Assembly (NCBI RefSeq): GCF_041146345.1
Contig: NW_027191410.1
Coordinates: 186,001 to 250,000, forward strand
Direction of reading: 5' to 3'
From: Neodothiora populina
Taxonomy: Eukaryota
Length of the DNA stretch: 64,000 bases
The translations under genes were made by a program, and so were the position numbers. This document shows positions 49,991 to 60,606 of the stretch, piece after piece; positions within the stretch are counted from its first letter, which is position 1; each line of letters opens with the position of its first letter. Below the pieces are notes generated by a model. The model made no database searches. It saw nothing but the letters and a program-made list of their open reading frames with translations, and was not told the DNA's origin.

Positions 49991-50823
49991 TCAAGAGTCC
50001 ATATGCTTGTCGGACTTGCTGCGTGTCTTGCGCAAGTGAGGGTGAAGGCTCCAGCAGGTTTCGACATTATGGCTGAGCAGACCGCAATAGGAGCACTTTT
50101 TCTCTCTGTTACGCTGCTTCTTCGCACTACGCTTGTTGGAAGCTTCACTGAAAAGGTCTATTCCAGCTTGGAATGGTAACTTGCAGATCTCTTCAATTTC
50201 GAAGAAAGAAAGAAAGCTATCGATGTTGTATCGATGTTGGGATAGTCGTCAGGCCTGATGTTGATGAGATTATGACTCTGTATATAGGCAAATCGGGTAT
50301 AGCCTGCCTCCTCAGCGACATGCAAGAAATTGACTATTGCAGTGGCATTACTGATGGCATGACCTACAACTCTCAGCCCTTGAAGGACGCTCTGATACTG
50401 CTGACGTATCTGAGATGCAGAATCTGATTCGTCTATGCGGAACGACTTGAATCGTCTCCAGGCCAATGACATCTCGCCAAAATCGATCCGATCGTATTTG
50501 GCCTCAAGGTAATCCCAAGCTTCTTTCGCGGACCGGAATTCAGCTACCTTGCCCGCAATCGGAGGGCAGCACATAAGGGCGATGAGAGTAATGGCCATGT
50601 CATTCTGGCGATGCCATTCTTTGTGCTGCTTGGTAAAACCAAGATCTTCATCGTCATCTTGCTTGACCGGCTCTGGAAAGTCTCCTTTAACCAGGCGATA
50701 ACATCCCTCTATCTTGAGAGCCGCCTTTGCATAAGCAGACCATTTCCTGTAGTTTTCTGAACACCTGAGTTCCGGGGCGAGAAGTGGCGAGTCCTCGCAG
50801 TGGTTCACGGTGACGTCTGACAT
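49991..50823 (-). mobile_element. Solitary Ty1/copia-type gag gene with CCHC zinc knuckle, frameshifted
   Basis: NYRKW..AAL..LVKG..EW...NDMA...I......SAKEAWDYLEAKY matches the copia gag pattern. A shifted frame carries CSYCGLLSHNVETCWSLHP (Cx2Cx4Hx4C, 50054-50095). No pol or LTR recognised. Confidence 0.8.
50218..50239. repeat. Exact 11-bp tandem duplication (TATCGATGTTG x2) that causes the gag frameshift
   Basis: Read directly; deleting one copy fuses the gag ORF to the zinc-knuckle frame. Confidence 0.9.
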
Positions 50824-51184
50824 TTCTATCTTCACTGTTGAATGCGATGAATGGTGACTTTGGCAAAACCAGTTGAACGAGTCGTTCCCTCGTGCGACAG
50901 GTGTTAGCTACCACGATAGACCGTACGACAGTGGTTCAAGGAAGATGCATGCAACTCCAAAGATCGAATGAAGTGTGATTTCATGACTCCCGTGAAGGAT
51001 GCAATCGTGGACTTTTAGTCGTGTTCATCAGGCCACTCCATCGGCACCACCTTCCGGATCCATGTCTCCAGGCATTTCATCCACGGCAGATTCTAAGTCG
51101 AAAGCATTGTACTGCACTGAAGTTATGTGCAATTTTCATCAAGCCTTCAGCCGCGCCATATCCTTTCCTCACAAACCATTACGT

Positions 51185-51877
51185 TCATTTCTTCTCATAG
51201 AGCATGAATTCGAACTCATGCTTTACCCCCTTGACCTCCTCCTCAATAAGCGCCCCATTGTCGAAACTTTCCCCCGTGAAACGCTCGAGCTCATCCTTCC
51301 TACTGCGCACCCACTGCAGATCCTCCTCAACATCCACAGGGAACTGCGTATCACAATCCCACTCGCCCCTGACTCTAGTAAGCAGCACATGCCTAGCCTC
51401 CTCCATCTCAAGCGCAGACTTATAAATCGCGCCACCGCCAATGACAAAGACCCTACCAAGTGCCTTCGACCTGCCCGCCTGCGCCTGCTGCTGCAAAGCC
51501 GCGAGGCCCGACGCGATGTCCTGCGCCACTAACACCTCGCCTGACTCCAGCAGAGACGAAGGAACGAATTTCGTGGCGTCCTGGCGACTGATGACTAGAT
51601 TCGTGCGTTGAGGCAGAGGTCTGAATTTCGCAGGGATCGAGTCCCAGGTTTTGCGGCCCATGACGACTACATTCTGGGTTTGCTGGGAAGAGTTCGATGC
51701 TGTGGGTTTATCTGATCCTGATGATGAGGATGATGAAATTTGTACTCGTTTTGTCACGCGTGCGAAGTAGGCCATTTCTTTCTTCAGCATTGGCCATGGA
51801 AGGGTTCCGTTCTTGCCAATGCCGTTCTTCACCGTGGCGGCCACGATTAGTGTGAGAGGTGGTGTTGACGCTGACAT
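51185..51877 (-). CDS. DFR1: Dihydrofolate reductase
   Basis: IVAA..NGIGKNGTLPW..EMAYF, VVMGRKTWDSIP..RPLPQRTNLVISR, FVIGGGAIY, CDTQFP. Confidence 0.96.
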   Translation of the reverse strand: MSASTPPLTLIVAATVKNGIGKNGTLPWPMLKKEMAYFARVTKRVQISSSSSSGSDKPTASNSSQQTQNVVVMGRKTWDSIPAKFRPLPQRTNLVISRQDATKFVPSSLLESGEVLVAQDIASGLAALQQQAQAGRSKALGRVFVIGGGAIYKSALEMEEARHVLLTRVRGEWDCDTQFPVDVEEDLQWVRSRKDELERFTGESFDNGALIEEEVKGVKHEFEFMLYEKK

Positions 51878-52574
51878 GTTTCTGTGTTGGATTGCGTTTT
51901 CTGGGCTTTTTACTTGGGTTTCTGGGAATTCGGTGTAGCTAGTTGTGGTATTTGGGTAGACAGTGCGAATATATTTAAGTTATGAAGACGCGCATTATAG
52001 GGTAGGTACCTAGTATGGGGAAGACGCCACCACGGTAGCTGAACTTTACTTAAACGATAAACCTACGGCCTTGGACACCGAGCGTGCTCGCCTACAGAAT
52101 CGTATGAACTTCGTACTGGGTATAAAGCAGCGCCTGGATCATGCGATTCCATTACTTGGATGATGTATTTAAAAAGTGGCGAGGAAGATCTTTCCTCTGG
52201 CCATTCATCCATGTCAACGCCAAGAAGTTCCATGGGGGGAGCAAGAAGGTAAAATATACACACAATTATCTTGACACTTGACAGAACATCCTGTAGTTCG
52301 TATTGCTCGTCATATCGTCTTTATATGGATGCGCCATTTGGCATGGCAAGTCTTGCCACACATATACGTTATGTGTGTGTTACGTCGGACAGAGTCTCGA
52401 TTGACATACGATAGGTGCAAGTGGATGGTTTGTGTACAGCAATGGAATGTAGACGATGGCTATATTATTTGATTGTGCTCACCTAAGAGACGTAGACACA
52501 TACTGCACGTTTATATTGACATTCGACCGCGAATGCCCGCGTGTCGGGTCCTTGAAGGGAATACATCAATACCC

Positions 52575-54035
52575 TCATGGAGCACAGTCCACAACGATCT
52601 TGATGAGATTCTCCAGCCACACAGTAGAATGCACATCCTGGCAAGCGAGCTGCCATTCTCCTTCCGTAGAGATTGTTGTCAGACCGCCTGAAGTAAGAAC
52701 CTTGACGGTGTAGGTGTCTGACATGTCTGCAACGGCCTCCGAGGGGTCCTCACTCTGCGCCATTTCATTTCTGAAATTCTGCACTTCCTGTGTCAAGAGC
52801 TGCCAGTCAAGGTGCTCATGTAAAGCATAATCAACGCGATCACGTAACAGCTGTTTGGTGTCCTTGTCGAGCATGTAAATCTGATATGCCGGGGTCTGTG
52901 CCAGCCTTGGGTCGAAATTCTGCTGCGCAGAGTCATTGGATTGACCATGAGAGTTGGCGTCATTCTCCTGGGTGTTGTCCACATCGTTCTTGTTGTCTGT
53001 CTTTCCGACCTTGCGAGACTCCACAGCATACTGTCTTTGACGCTCGTTGGTGACCATGCGCCTAAGTAGTGGTGTGCAGAGAGCGATAATTCTGTCCTTG
53101 TCGTGGGGCCACAGGAACTTGCGTCTGTGAGATTCCGAGGGGTTGCCTCCATCGTCTGGAGGCGGGGCGTTCTCGCCAAAATATTTCTCTCCCCAGCCAT
53201 CCTGCTCGAGGAATTCTCGGACGCAGTGGTGTAGTCTCAATTTTACCATGTCGCTGTCGCCCTTGCCTCGATTACCGACACATGCCTGTCGTTGGGGATA
53301 TTCAGGATCCAGCATGAACTGCTTCGCGGCGGCTTGCAGATATAAGAAATTCTCCGGTGACAGCTCCAGGGATGCGAAAAGTTTAGACATGGGGGGCCGA
53401 GTGTATTTCTTGGATGAATCTGAAGGCGGACGGAATAGAGCAGCTGCAGAATGCACCCCAGCAGCGCGCGCATCGAGATGATGAGGCGATTCAATCGGAT
53501 TCGAGTGCTGCCTCAGAGAGACATGTCCTTCTTGGTTCTGCGACTCAGACGAAGCAAGAGTAGTGCGCTTCTGGCGCTTGGGACGGTCAGAGAGAACGCT
53601 GTCGAGAGATAATTCGGGGTCGGCGTCTGTTTCGTCTGGGTGAGATCGTTTGCGCTTGCCATTGGGGCGCGTCGCATCGCGTTGTAACAAAGAAGCCAGC
53701 TCTTGCTCCGAGGAATCGATGTGGGGTTCTTCGTGGGCTGCGAATTGCGGCAACTGCGGTAGCTGGGCTCGTTGGCGAATCTGTTCCTGAGCGGCAGCAC
53801 TGGTGGCAGCCTCAACAAGGCCTTGCAACTGCGCATGGTCTTCTACCTCGTTCTCGACAAGTTGCTGCTGAGTGTGGTGATAGCCAGCGTCCATTTGGGT
53901 TTGATTGGGGTCTGGGTACATCGAGGCAGGCGGAGCAAGGGCGGCATAGTCCAGAAGCCCCTGAGACAGCTTGAAGTCATCGGAAGCATTCTGCTCCGGA
54001 GGCACAGGTTGGTAGTAGGGACCATTGGAGGCCAT
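52575..54035 (-). CDS. Uncharacterised fungal protein (possible nuclear protein)
   Basis: Long intronless ORF, likely start MASNGPYY at 54035. NLS-like KRKR and KRQKR motifs; ordered core KKYTRPPMSKLF..LQAAAKQFML..PLLRRMVTNERQRQYA. Confidence 0.78.
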   Translation of the reverse strand: MASNGPYYQPVPPEQNASDDFKLSQGLLDYAALAPPASMYPDPNQTQMDAGYHHTQQQLVENEVEDHAQLQGLVEAATSAAAQEQIRQRAQLPQLPQFAAHEEPHIDSSEQELASLLQRDATRPNGKRKRSHPDETDADPELSLDSVLSDRPKRQKRTTLASSESQNQEGHVSLRQHSNPIESPHHLDARAAGVHSAAALFRPPSDSSKKYTRPPMSKLFASLELSPENFLYLQAAAKQFMLDPEYPQRQACVGNRGKGDSDMVKLRLHHCVREFLEQDGWGEKYFGENAPPPDDGGNPSESHRRKFLWPHDKDRIIALCTPLLRRMVTNERQRQYAVESRKVGKTDNKNDVDNTQENDANSHGQSNDSAQQNFDPRLAQTPAYQIYMLDKDTKQLLRDRVDYALHEHLDWQLLTQEVQNFRNEMAQSEDPSEAVADMSDTYTVKVLTSGGLTTISTEGEWQLACQDVHSTVWLENLIKIVVDCAP

Positions 54036-54730
54036 GGCGAACCAAGCGCTAGCGAAGGGATGGATGGATGTATGGATGTCCAGCCACGCGAGGCTTGAGG
54101 CGTGTACAGGAGACGAGAAAGACACAAATCGACGGATCGAAAGCACCTCTGCAACAGTGTTAGTCTGGTGACGCGCAGGCTCGTGAGCTGTCCATCTTGA
54201 CGAGCAAGGCGGCGGGAGTCGCGACACTCATGGTCAGATTGAACACGGATCACGCGCAGCAAGACGAGGTCTAGATAAATTTATGATGCGCCCGGCAGGT
54301 GGAACAAGTGTGACAGGGAAGGATGGAGATGGTATAGACTTGCCCGCTATGAGAAGCTGTTAAGAAAGCTCCGATCTTGTGGATCTATCTGGATCTTGTC
54401 AAACACAGAGTGATGCAGGTCAGTTTGCTCATTTCACATTCACACGCTGCCTGCGCTGTAATAGATGCACACGGCAGGAGAGAGATGGCTTCTGCCAAGC
54501 AACCTCGAGCCGAAGTCTGTTGCTCTTGGCATCTTCGCATCGAGCAAGTGCTGCACCTGAGGATCAACAATCGCATACTGTCCTGGTTTTGTACAGTTGC
54601 CCGTGTTATTGTCATTTACATAAAAGTACAGTACGGTGCTCGAGTGCGGTGCAGTCCATCTCTCTGAGATGCTTCGTTTCAGACCAGCATCTTCCTTGAA
54701 ACAACAGCTCTCAGACCTCGACTCCCCGAG

Positions 54731-55209
54731 ATGAAGGTCAAGATCCTCTCTTGGAACGCTGTGGCAGCGTGGAGATGGGACATGCCAGAAGATGAAGTCT
54801 GTGGCATCTGTCGTGTACAGTTCGACGGAACCTGTCCAAAGTGCAAATTCCCCGGCGATGATTGTCCCATTAATAAGTCACTCCCAAAAGCTGAGAGCTA
54901 TGAATATCATACTGACTTTTGAGCAATCATGGGACAATGTAACCATTCGTTCCATATGGTAGGACCTGATACTAGTAGTTGGAAACATTGTGAGACTAAC
55001 AATAATGCTCCAGCACTGCCTAAATACTTGGATCAACCAAGAGTCCAGTCAGGGAAGGTGTCCCATGTGTCGTCAAGGTGTGTATCTTCGAGCATACTGT
55101 CTACTAATCCATATCTCGGCACTATTTGCTCACACCTGGTTCACTAGTCTTTCATATCAAGGGGACAGACCAAAGCGAGGCACAAGTCGAACATCAATCC
55201 CCTGCATAA
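54731..55209 (+). CDS. APC11: Anaphase-promoting complex subunit 11 (RING-H2), 4 exons
   Basis: MKVKI..WNAVAAWRW..CGICRVQFDGTCPKCKFPGDDCPI|IMGQCNHSFHM|HCLNTWI..CPMCRQ|VF. Introns 54873-54926 (non-canonical), 54959-55013 and 55078-55147. Confidence 0.93.
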
Positions 55210-55386
55210 AAACCACGCCGAAGCATGCTATGTTCCATGATGACTCCATTTTTGTTCTTGGGCGTACAGCAAGTCATCATCCGGATGTTCCCCTTGCTAG
55301 TCTGCGTCAATCCTACCATCTAATCTACCAATATGGCTTACTCTCGTGTCGTCTTTGCATGATTGCTGTGCCATAGACACACTATG

Positions 55387-56638
55387 CTATGTCTGTCGTA
55401 GTCTCGCGAGCGTGGCTTTGCCTGCGCGACTTTCGTTGGGTTTCCCAACTTCAGACGTAATCCAGTCACCAATACTGCTGAGTTCGTTCAGGTCCACTCC
55501 GGTTCCGAGGCCGAGGCTATGCAGTATATATACGACGTCTTCAGTCGAAACATTACCAGTAGCGCCTGGACTGTAGGGACAGCCTCCGAGTCCACCAACC
55601 GCCGAGTCGAACGTCCGCACGCCATGTTCCAGTCCGACCAGAGTGTTGACGAGGGCTTGACCGTAAGTGTCGTGAAAGTGAAGTGCAAGATCATCGTTGC
55701 GGATGCCTGCTGCCGCAAGGACCTTCAGCAACTCCCTCGTCCTAGGCGCTGTTCCCATGCCTGTCGTGTCGGCCACAGATATCTCATCCGCGCCCATCTC
55801 GAGGAGGGTAGCTGACAGTTCTGCAACTCTGTGCGGATCAGTATCAGGGCCCTCGAACGGACAGCCCAGAGCTACAGAGATGTAGGCTCTGACCGCGAAT
55901 CCCTTGTCACGGGCTGCTGTCATGAGAGGCCCGAATCTCTCAAGCGACTCGGCAATGCTACAATTAGTGTTACGCTGGGAGAACGACTCTGTGGCGGCCA
56001 TGAATATAGACACTTCGTGGCGAGGCCCGTGGGCTTCAATGTGCGGCGTGGACTGCGAAACCGGTGGAGGCGTGGGCGGAGGAGTGGGATATGCGTCCTG
56101 ATGGGTTTGATCTGTTTTGTTCGCTCCTCCATACACAGAAAAGAAGTTGTCGAGGCCTTTCATGTTCGGCAACAACCACTGATAGGTGATGGGCACCGGA
56201 GATTCCGGAGTATCACTGAGAACATCCTGCATGATCTTGTCCGAATTTGCCATCTAGAGTCTGTACTCAGCGATGTTATATTTCGCCCGAAGTCCATTGG
56301 GACTGGTACTGGCACTTTGTATCCTTGTGCGTTTACATGAAAAAGGTTGCTGGATGCACTTATGTACTCACCTGAGGCACCCATTTCGGTGATACGAAAG
56401 ATCCGGCTTCGATAGTCTGCAAGCCAGTCCTTGCCAAACGCCTGACGAGTTCGACTTTCGTTTCTAATGTTATTGCTGTCTTTTCATTCTGCAGACCGTC
56501 TCGAGGCCCGACTTCGACGAGTCGTACATGGTCCGAGGCAGCTCCAGTACTCCGCTTCGGGGCCGCGGTAGCGAAACTACGTTGGCTTATCTGTCTCGCA
56601 TAGCGACTCAATTGTCGGGTCTCTATGCTTAGAGGCAT
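55387..56638 (-). CDS. Hydroxymethylglutaryl-CoA lyase, mitochondrial
   Basis: VEVGPRDGLQNE, SFVSPKWVPQ|MAN, ADTTG, LHFHDTYGQA, GLGGCPYSPGATGNV; intron 56254-56371. Confidence 0.95.
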
Positions 56639-57183
56639 CGTGGTTTCTCGAAGCGCAATATATACCGAGTCACCTTGTCTTTTGTGAAATCGAGAAAGGG
56701 CTTCAAGCATTACTTGTCGTCAAGGGTACTACTGTTATGATGTGATGTGGAGAGACGAACCAATGCGGGGGTCTTTGAGCAGAATGGAGGGGCTGTTTGT
56801 TACAAAGGCAAACCTTCACCCTTACCCCAGATCTGGCCGGCAGAAGGCCACGACCCAATCGATACGCTCGCAATAATCTAGTCATGGTCCGGAAGAAATC
56901 TAATGAATTAGACCCAACCTTCGCTGCTTGTTCGTTCAGACTCAACAGCGTAATAAAGATCCAGAAGTTTGCATTCGAGACCCGTCGTCTTACTCCAGTG
57001 CAGAGAGGTTGATAATAAAGAACGGAACAAATTCACAATTGCGACAGTCACATAGGCACAAAACAAAAATCGACTCGGGTGGCGGACCCTGTCCCTCCTT
57101 TTAACAAAAGATAGTCCTCATTTGCGCGACTTCCTTCACTTCCCTTCCTCGTCACTTCACGAAAGAGTGCAGAATTGCCTGAC

Positions 57184-58548
57184 ATGGCACCACATCTATG
57201 TTCTCTGTGCACGACGAACCGGGCTCAGATTCTACGACCAAAAAATCATGATCGACTTTGCGCCAAATGTTTCACCGAGACATTCGAAAGCGAAGTCGCC
57301 CACACCGTCGAGTCAACCGCCCTTTTCCACCGCGGCGAGCGAATCGCAATAGGAGCCTCCGGCGGCAAAGACTCGTGTGTCTTGGCCGCTGTTCTAAAGA
57401 CTCTCAACGAGCGGCAGGACTGGGGCCTCGACCTTGTGCTCCTATCAGTCGACGAGGGCATCCAGGGATACCGGGACCACAGTCTGGACGCCGTACGACG
57501 AAACGCAGCAGAACTAGGCCTTCCACTACATATCGTGAGCTACGAGGAGTTGTACGGCTGGAGTATGGACCAGGTGGTGGCGCAGATAGGAAAGAAGGGT
57601 AACTGCACATATTGTGGCGTGTTCCGACGCCAGGCACTCGACCGTGGCGCTGCACAGCTGGGCGTACGGCACGTAGTGACAGGACACAACGCGGACGATG
57701 TGGCCGAGACGGTGCTTATGAACTTGCTGCGTGGTGATATGCCACGCCTGAGCAGAGCGACGAGCATAGTCACCAGCACACCGGCCGCTGCGACGGACAA
57801 GCCCATCTTAGCACCCAAGGCCAGCGAGAATACGGATGACGCACAGCAGGCCGAGGTTGAAAGAGTGGGAATCACAAACGTCAAGAGGTCGAAGCCGCTA
57901 ATGTATGCTTACGAGAAAGAGATTGTGCTGTATGCCCATCACAAGAAGCTGGACTATTTTTCTACCGAGTGCATATACTCCCCAGAGGCATTCCGCGGCA
58001 GCGCCCGCACACTGATCAAGAATCTGGAGCGCATACGACCCGAGAGTATCCTGGATGTTGTCAAGAGTGGGATCGACATGGCCATGCTGGTACCTGAGGC
58101 AGATGGAGGATGCAAAGGAGCTTGCGGATCAAAGGCGGCGACCAAAAAGACTCGTGCAACAAAGATCCAAGCCGACGAGGATGACGACGGGAATGGAGGT
58201 TGCGGTACTGGAAACGGACAGGGTTCTGGTGGAGAGATGGTAGACTACGAGAAGAAGCTGCGCGAAGATGAAAAGGCACAGGAAGAGGGACTGGAGATCG
58301 AGGTCAAATTACCCTCCAAGCCCGACAGATCAAAAGCAGAAAGCGTCAGCCTACCAGTCAGGACCAAGAGGCACGAGACAAGGACGAAGTCGAAGCAAGA
58401 ATCAGCTCCCACAAAGCAGAAACTCGGACGCTGCCAAAGATGCGGCTACATGTCGTCGCAGGCGATATGCAAGGCTTGTGTCCTGCTAGAAGGACTGAAC
58501 AAGGCAAGACCGAAGACTGCAATCACAGTAGAGGGAGGTATGGGATGA
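57184..58548 (+). CDS. NCS6: Cytoplasmic tRNA 2-thiolation protein 1 (Ncs6/Ctu1)
   Basis: PP-loop [28 protein letters not shown], and terminal CxxC zinc motifs. Confidence 0.95.
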   Translation: MAPHLCSLCTTNRAQILRPKNHDRLCAKCFTETFESEVAHTVESTALFHRGERIAIGASGGKDSCVLAAVLKTLNERQDWGLDLVLLSVDEGIQGYRDHSLDAVRRNAAELGLPLHIVSYEELYGWSMDQVVAQIGKKGNCTYCGVFRRQALDRGAAQLGVRHVVTGHNADDVAETVLMNLLRGDMPRLSRATSIVTSTPAAATDKPILAPKASENTDDAQQAEVERVGITNVKRSKPLMYAYEKEIVLYAHHKKLDYFSTECIYSPEAFRGSARTLIKNLERIRPESILDVVKSGIDMAMLVPEADGGCKGACGSKAATKKTRATKIQADEDDDGNGGCGTGNGQGSGGEMVDYEKKLREDEKAQEEGLEIEVKLPSKPDRSKAESVSLPVRTKRHETRTKSKQESAPTKQKLGRCQRCGYMSSQAICKACVLLEGLNKARPKTAITVEGGMG

Positions 58549-58966
58549 ATGACACTGGGAGCCCAGAGGAAAAACTTGTCATATACTCGAATGGGTAGAC
58601 TAAATCCTGCGAAGTCAGAGCAGTCATCGTCCGGCTGCCTCGTCATGGCTTCCAGTTCTGAGAAATGCCTCAGAGGCTCGAGCGTGAAAGCCCCAGAGCA
58701 TGCCATGACCTGACTTTCCAGTCAACCACATGAGTATGGCTCCTAGCTAAGGCCGTGTAGAATTGTGGACCTGATGACTACCTCGACGGAGCAGCGATGC
58801 AGGCTGCCGCCCTCGCCGACTCGAATGTGTCGAGCCGTGCACCGAGGAAGCCATAGATAGTAAGCCAGTTAGATATCCCGATACAAAGGCCACGGGGCCC
58901 GGTTTAGAAGATGACCATAGCGAAGTTTTCGAGAAGGTCGTCGTATCATATCTCCATTTTGCACAT

Positions 58967-59536
58967 TCACCCTCCAGTCGTAGTCGTCCCAATCATTCCC
59001 TGCTCAACGCCCTGAGCCCCCTCGAGACCCTCAAGCCCCTTCGCACGAATGACATCCACATCAAGCTCCTCCATGACCTGCAGCACAACATTAAGCGACT
59101 CGAAAAACCCATTGACCGCAACTCTCAGCATGCGATTCGTCGTCGAGCGGTAAATCGTCCTGAGCACAGTGGCTTTCTCATCCGACAGATTCAGCTGCGG
59201 GTGCGGGACTGGATGCGCCGCCGTCGCGGCGTTCATGAGCAGCGAAGCCCGCAGAGGGTCAGAGCCATTGATTGATTGGCCGACGTAGTTGGGACGGATC
59301 AGAGTGAACTCTCGCTGTACGAGGGAGGAGAGTTCTTGGTCGACTGAAAGAGCGCGGTAGGCCGAGTTGGCTAGGCGGTAGGTCGGGAAGGGCACGTCTA
59401 TGACTCTGTGGGAGAAATGTCTCTGTCAGTCATGCGTTCATGTGCGCTGCATGGATGGAAGACAGAAGGCTTGGGGCGGCAGGGTGGGAATGCTTTCGTA
59501 CAGCGAACACTGGAGTTGTTGCTCTTCTTCGGACAT
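58967..59536 (-). CDS. PCC1: EKC/KEOPS complex subunit Pcc1
   Basis: MSEEEQQLQCSL|VIDVPFPTYRLA..ALSVDQEL..RMLRVAVNGFFESL; intron 59406-59501. Confidence 0.88.
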
Positions 59537-59971
59537 CTTTTCATGTCTGTGCAATGGTTATTGGTGGGTGATTGGGAAGAGTGCCTCATACCACGACTAT
59601 TATATCGTAGTCATTTGGGGTACAGAAAGATATTCAAGGGTACACGGGTACTTGTCACGCGTTATCACCCCGCATGATCATATCTTGGAGATCTGAGACC
59701 CTGTGCCATAACAGCTGCCGTGTGGTTGATCGATTGACAGCCGCTCTGTGACGTATATCATGCTCATTCGGGAGGTACGACTAAGATCCATGGTTGCTTG
59801 GTGCATATTGAACAATGATCGGGTCATCGAACCGTTTTGGGAGACTACATATGTCTGGGTTTCTATTCCATTCTTTCTCCGTTGCCTAATCACAACTTGT
59901 AGTATTGAACTTCAAAAGATTGATATATCGCAAACCACTCTCAGAAACCATCTGCCAAAGTACCATCCATC

Positions 59972-60378
59972 ATGTCGTCTCCATCAGAGTTTCTTACTTT
60001 CTACCGCCGATTCGCGACCCACCCTCGACTCCGCAGCGCCTCATCAAATGCCATGTCATCTCGAGGTTTCGCCCTTTCTTCGAGACTGAGAAATGATCCA
60101 AAGGTCAACCCGGACAGCGTGCACACGACGAACAAGACCGATAGACTCGACATCCAAAATGAGAACAGCGGCAAGGGCAGGGAGTACGTTTTCCCCCTTT
60201 GCATCACTGTCATTTCTTTGCTGACTCAATGAACAGTGCAAAAGCACAAGGTGTTGGTGGCTCGGCAACGTCAGAGTCTGACACTGCAGGAGGTGCCGCG
60301 AAGGCAAAGAAGGAATTCCCTGAGGCGCCCGACACTGTGATTGGTATGCAGGATGAGCGAGGTGGCAAGGGTCATTGA
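59972..60378 (+). CDS. Small uncharacterised protein with mitochondrial-type presequence
   Basis: MSSPSEFLTFYRRFATHPRLRS..; intron GTACGT..CAG; final exon AKAKKEFPEAPDTVIGMQDERGGKGH*. Confidence 0.7.
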
Positions 60379-60606
60379 GCTGCTATACCTTTGTCTCCGC
60401 TTCCGAAACCAAATATTCATAGCCGTTATTGTATCAAGTGTATAAGCAACCCTGCAATGCGCCGTTCGCCTGTAGTCTACTCTTTCGTGCAAACCAATTT
60501 CCCAACCGGAGCAGTCTAGGGCACGGTTGTTTCGATGCTGCAATCCCAGAGAACGCCTCCACCAATGCATTAAGTAACGAAAATCCATTGCGCATGGAAG
60601 AACGCT

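Noticed and set aside
52063..52263. 66-aa minus-strand ORF upstream of DFR1
   Set aside because: Non-ATG start and no recognisable similarity.
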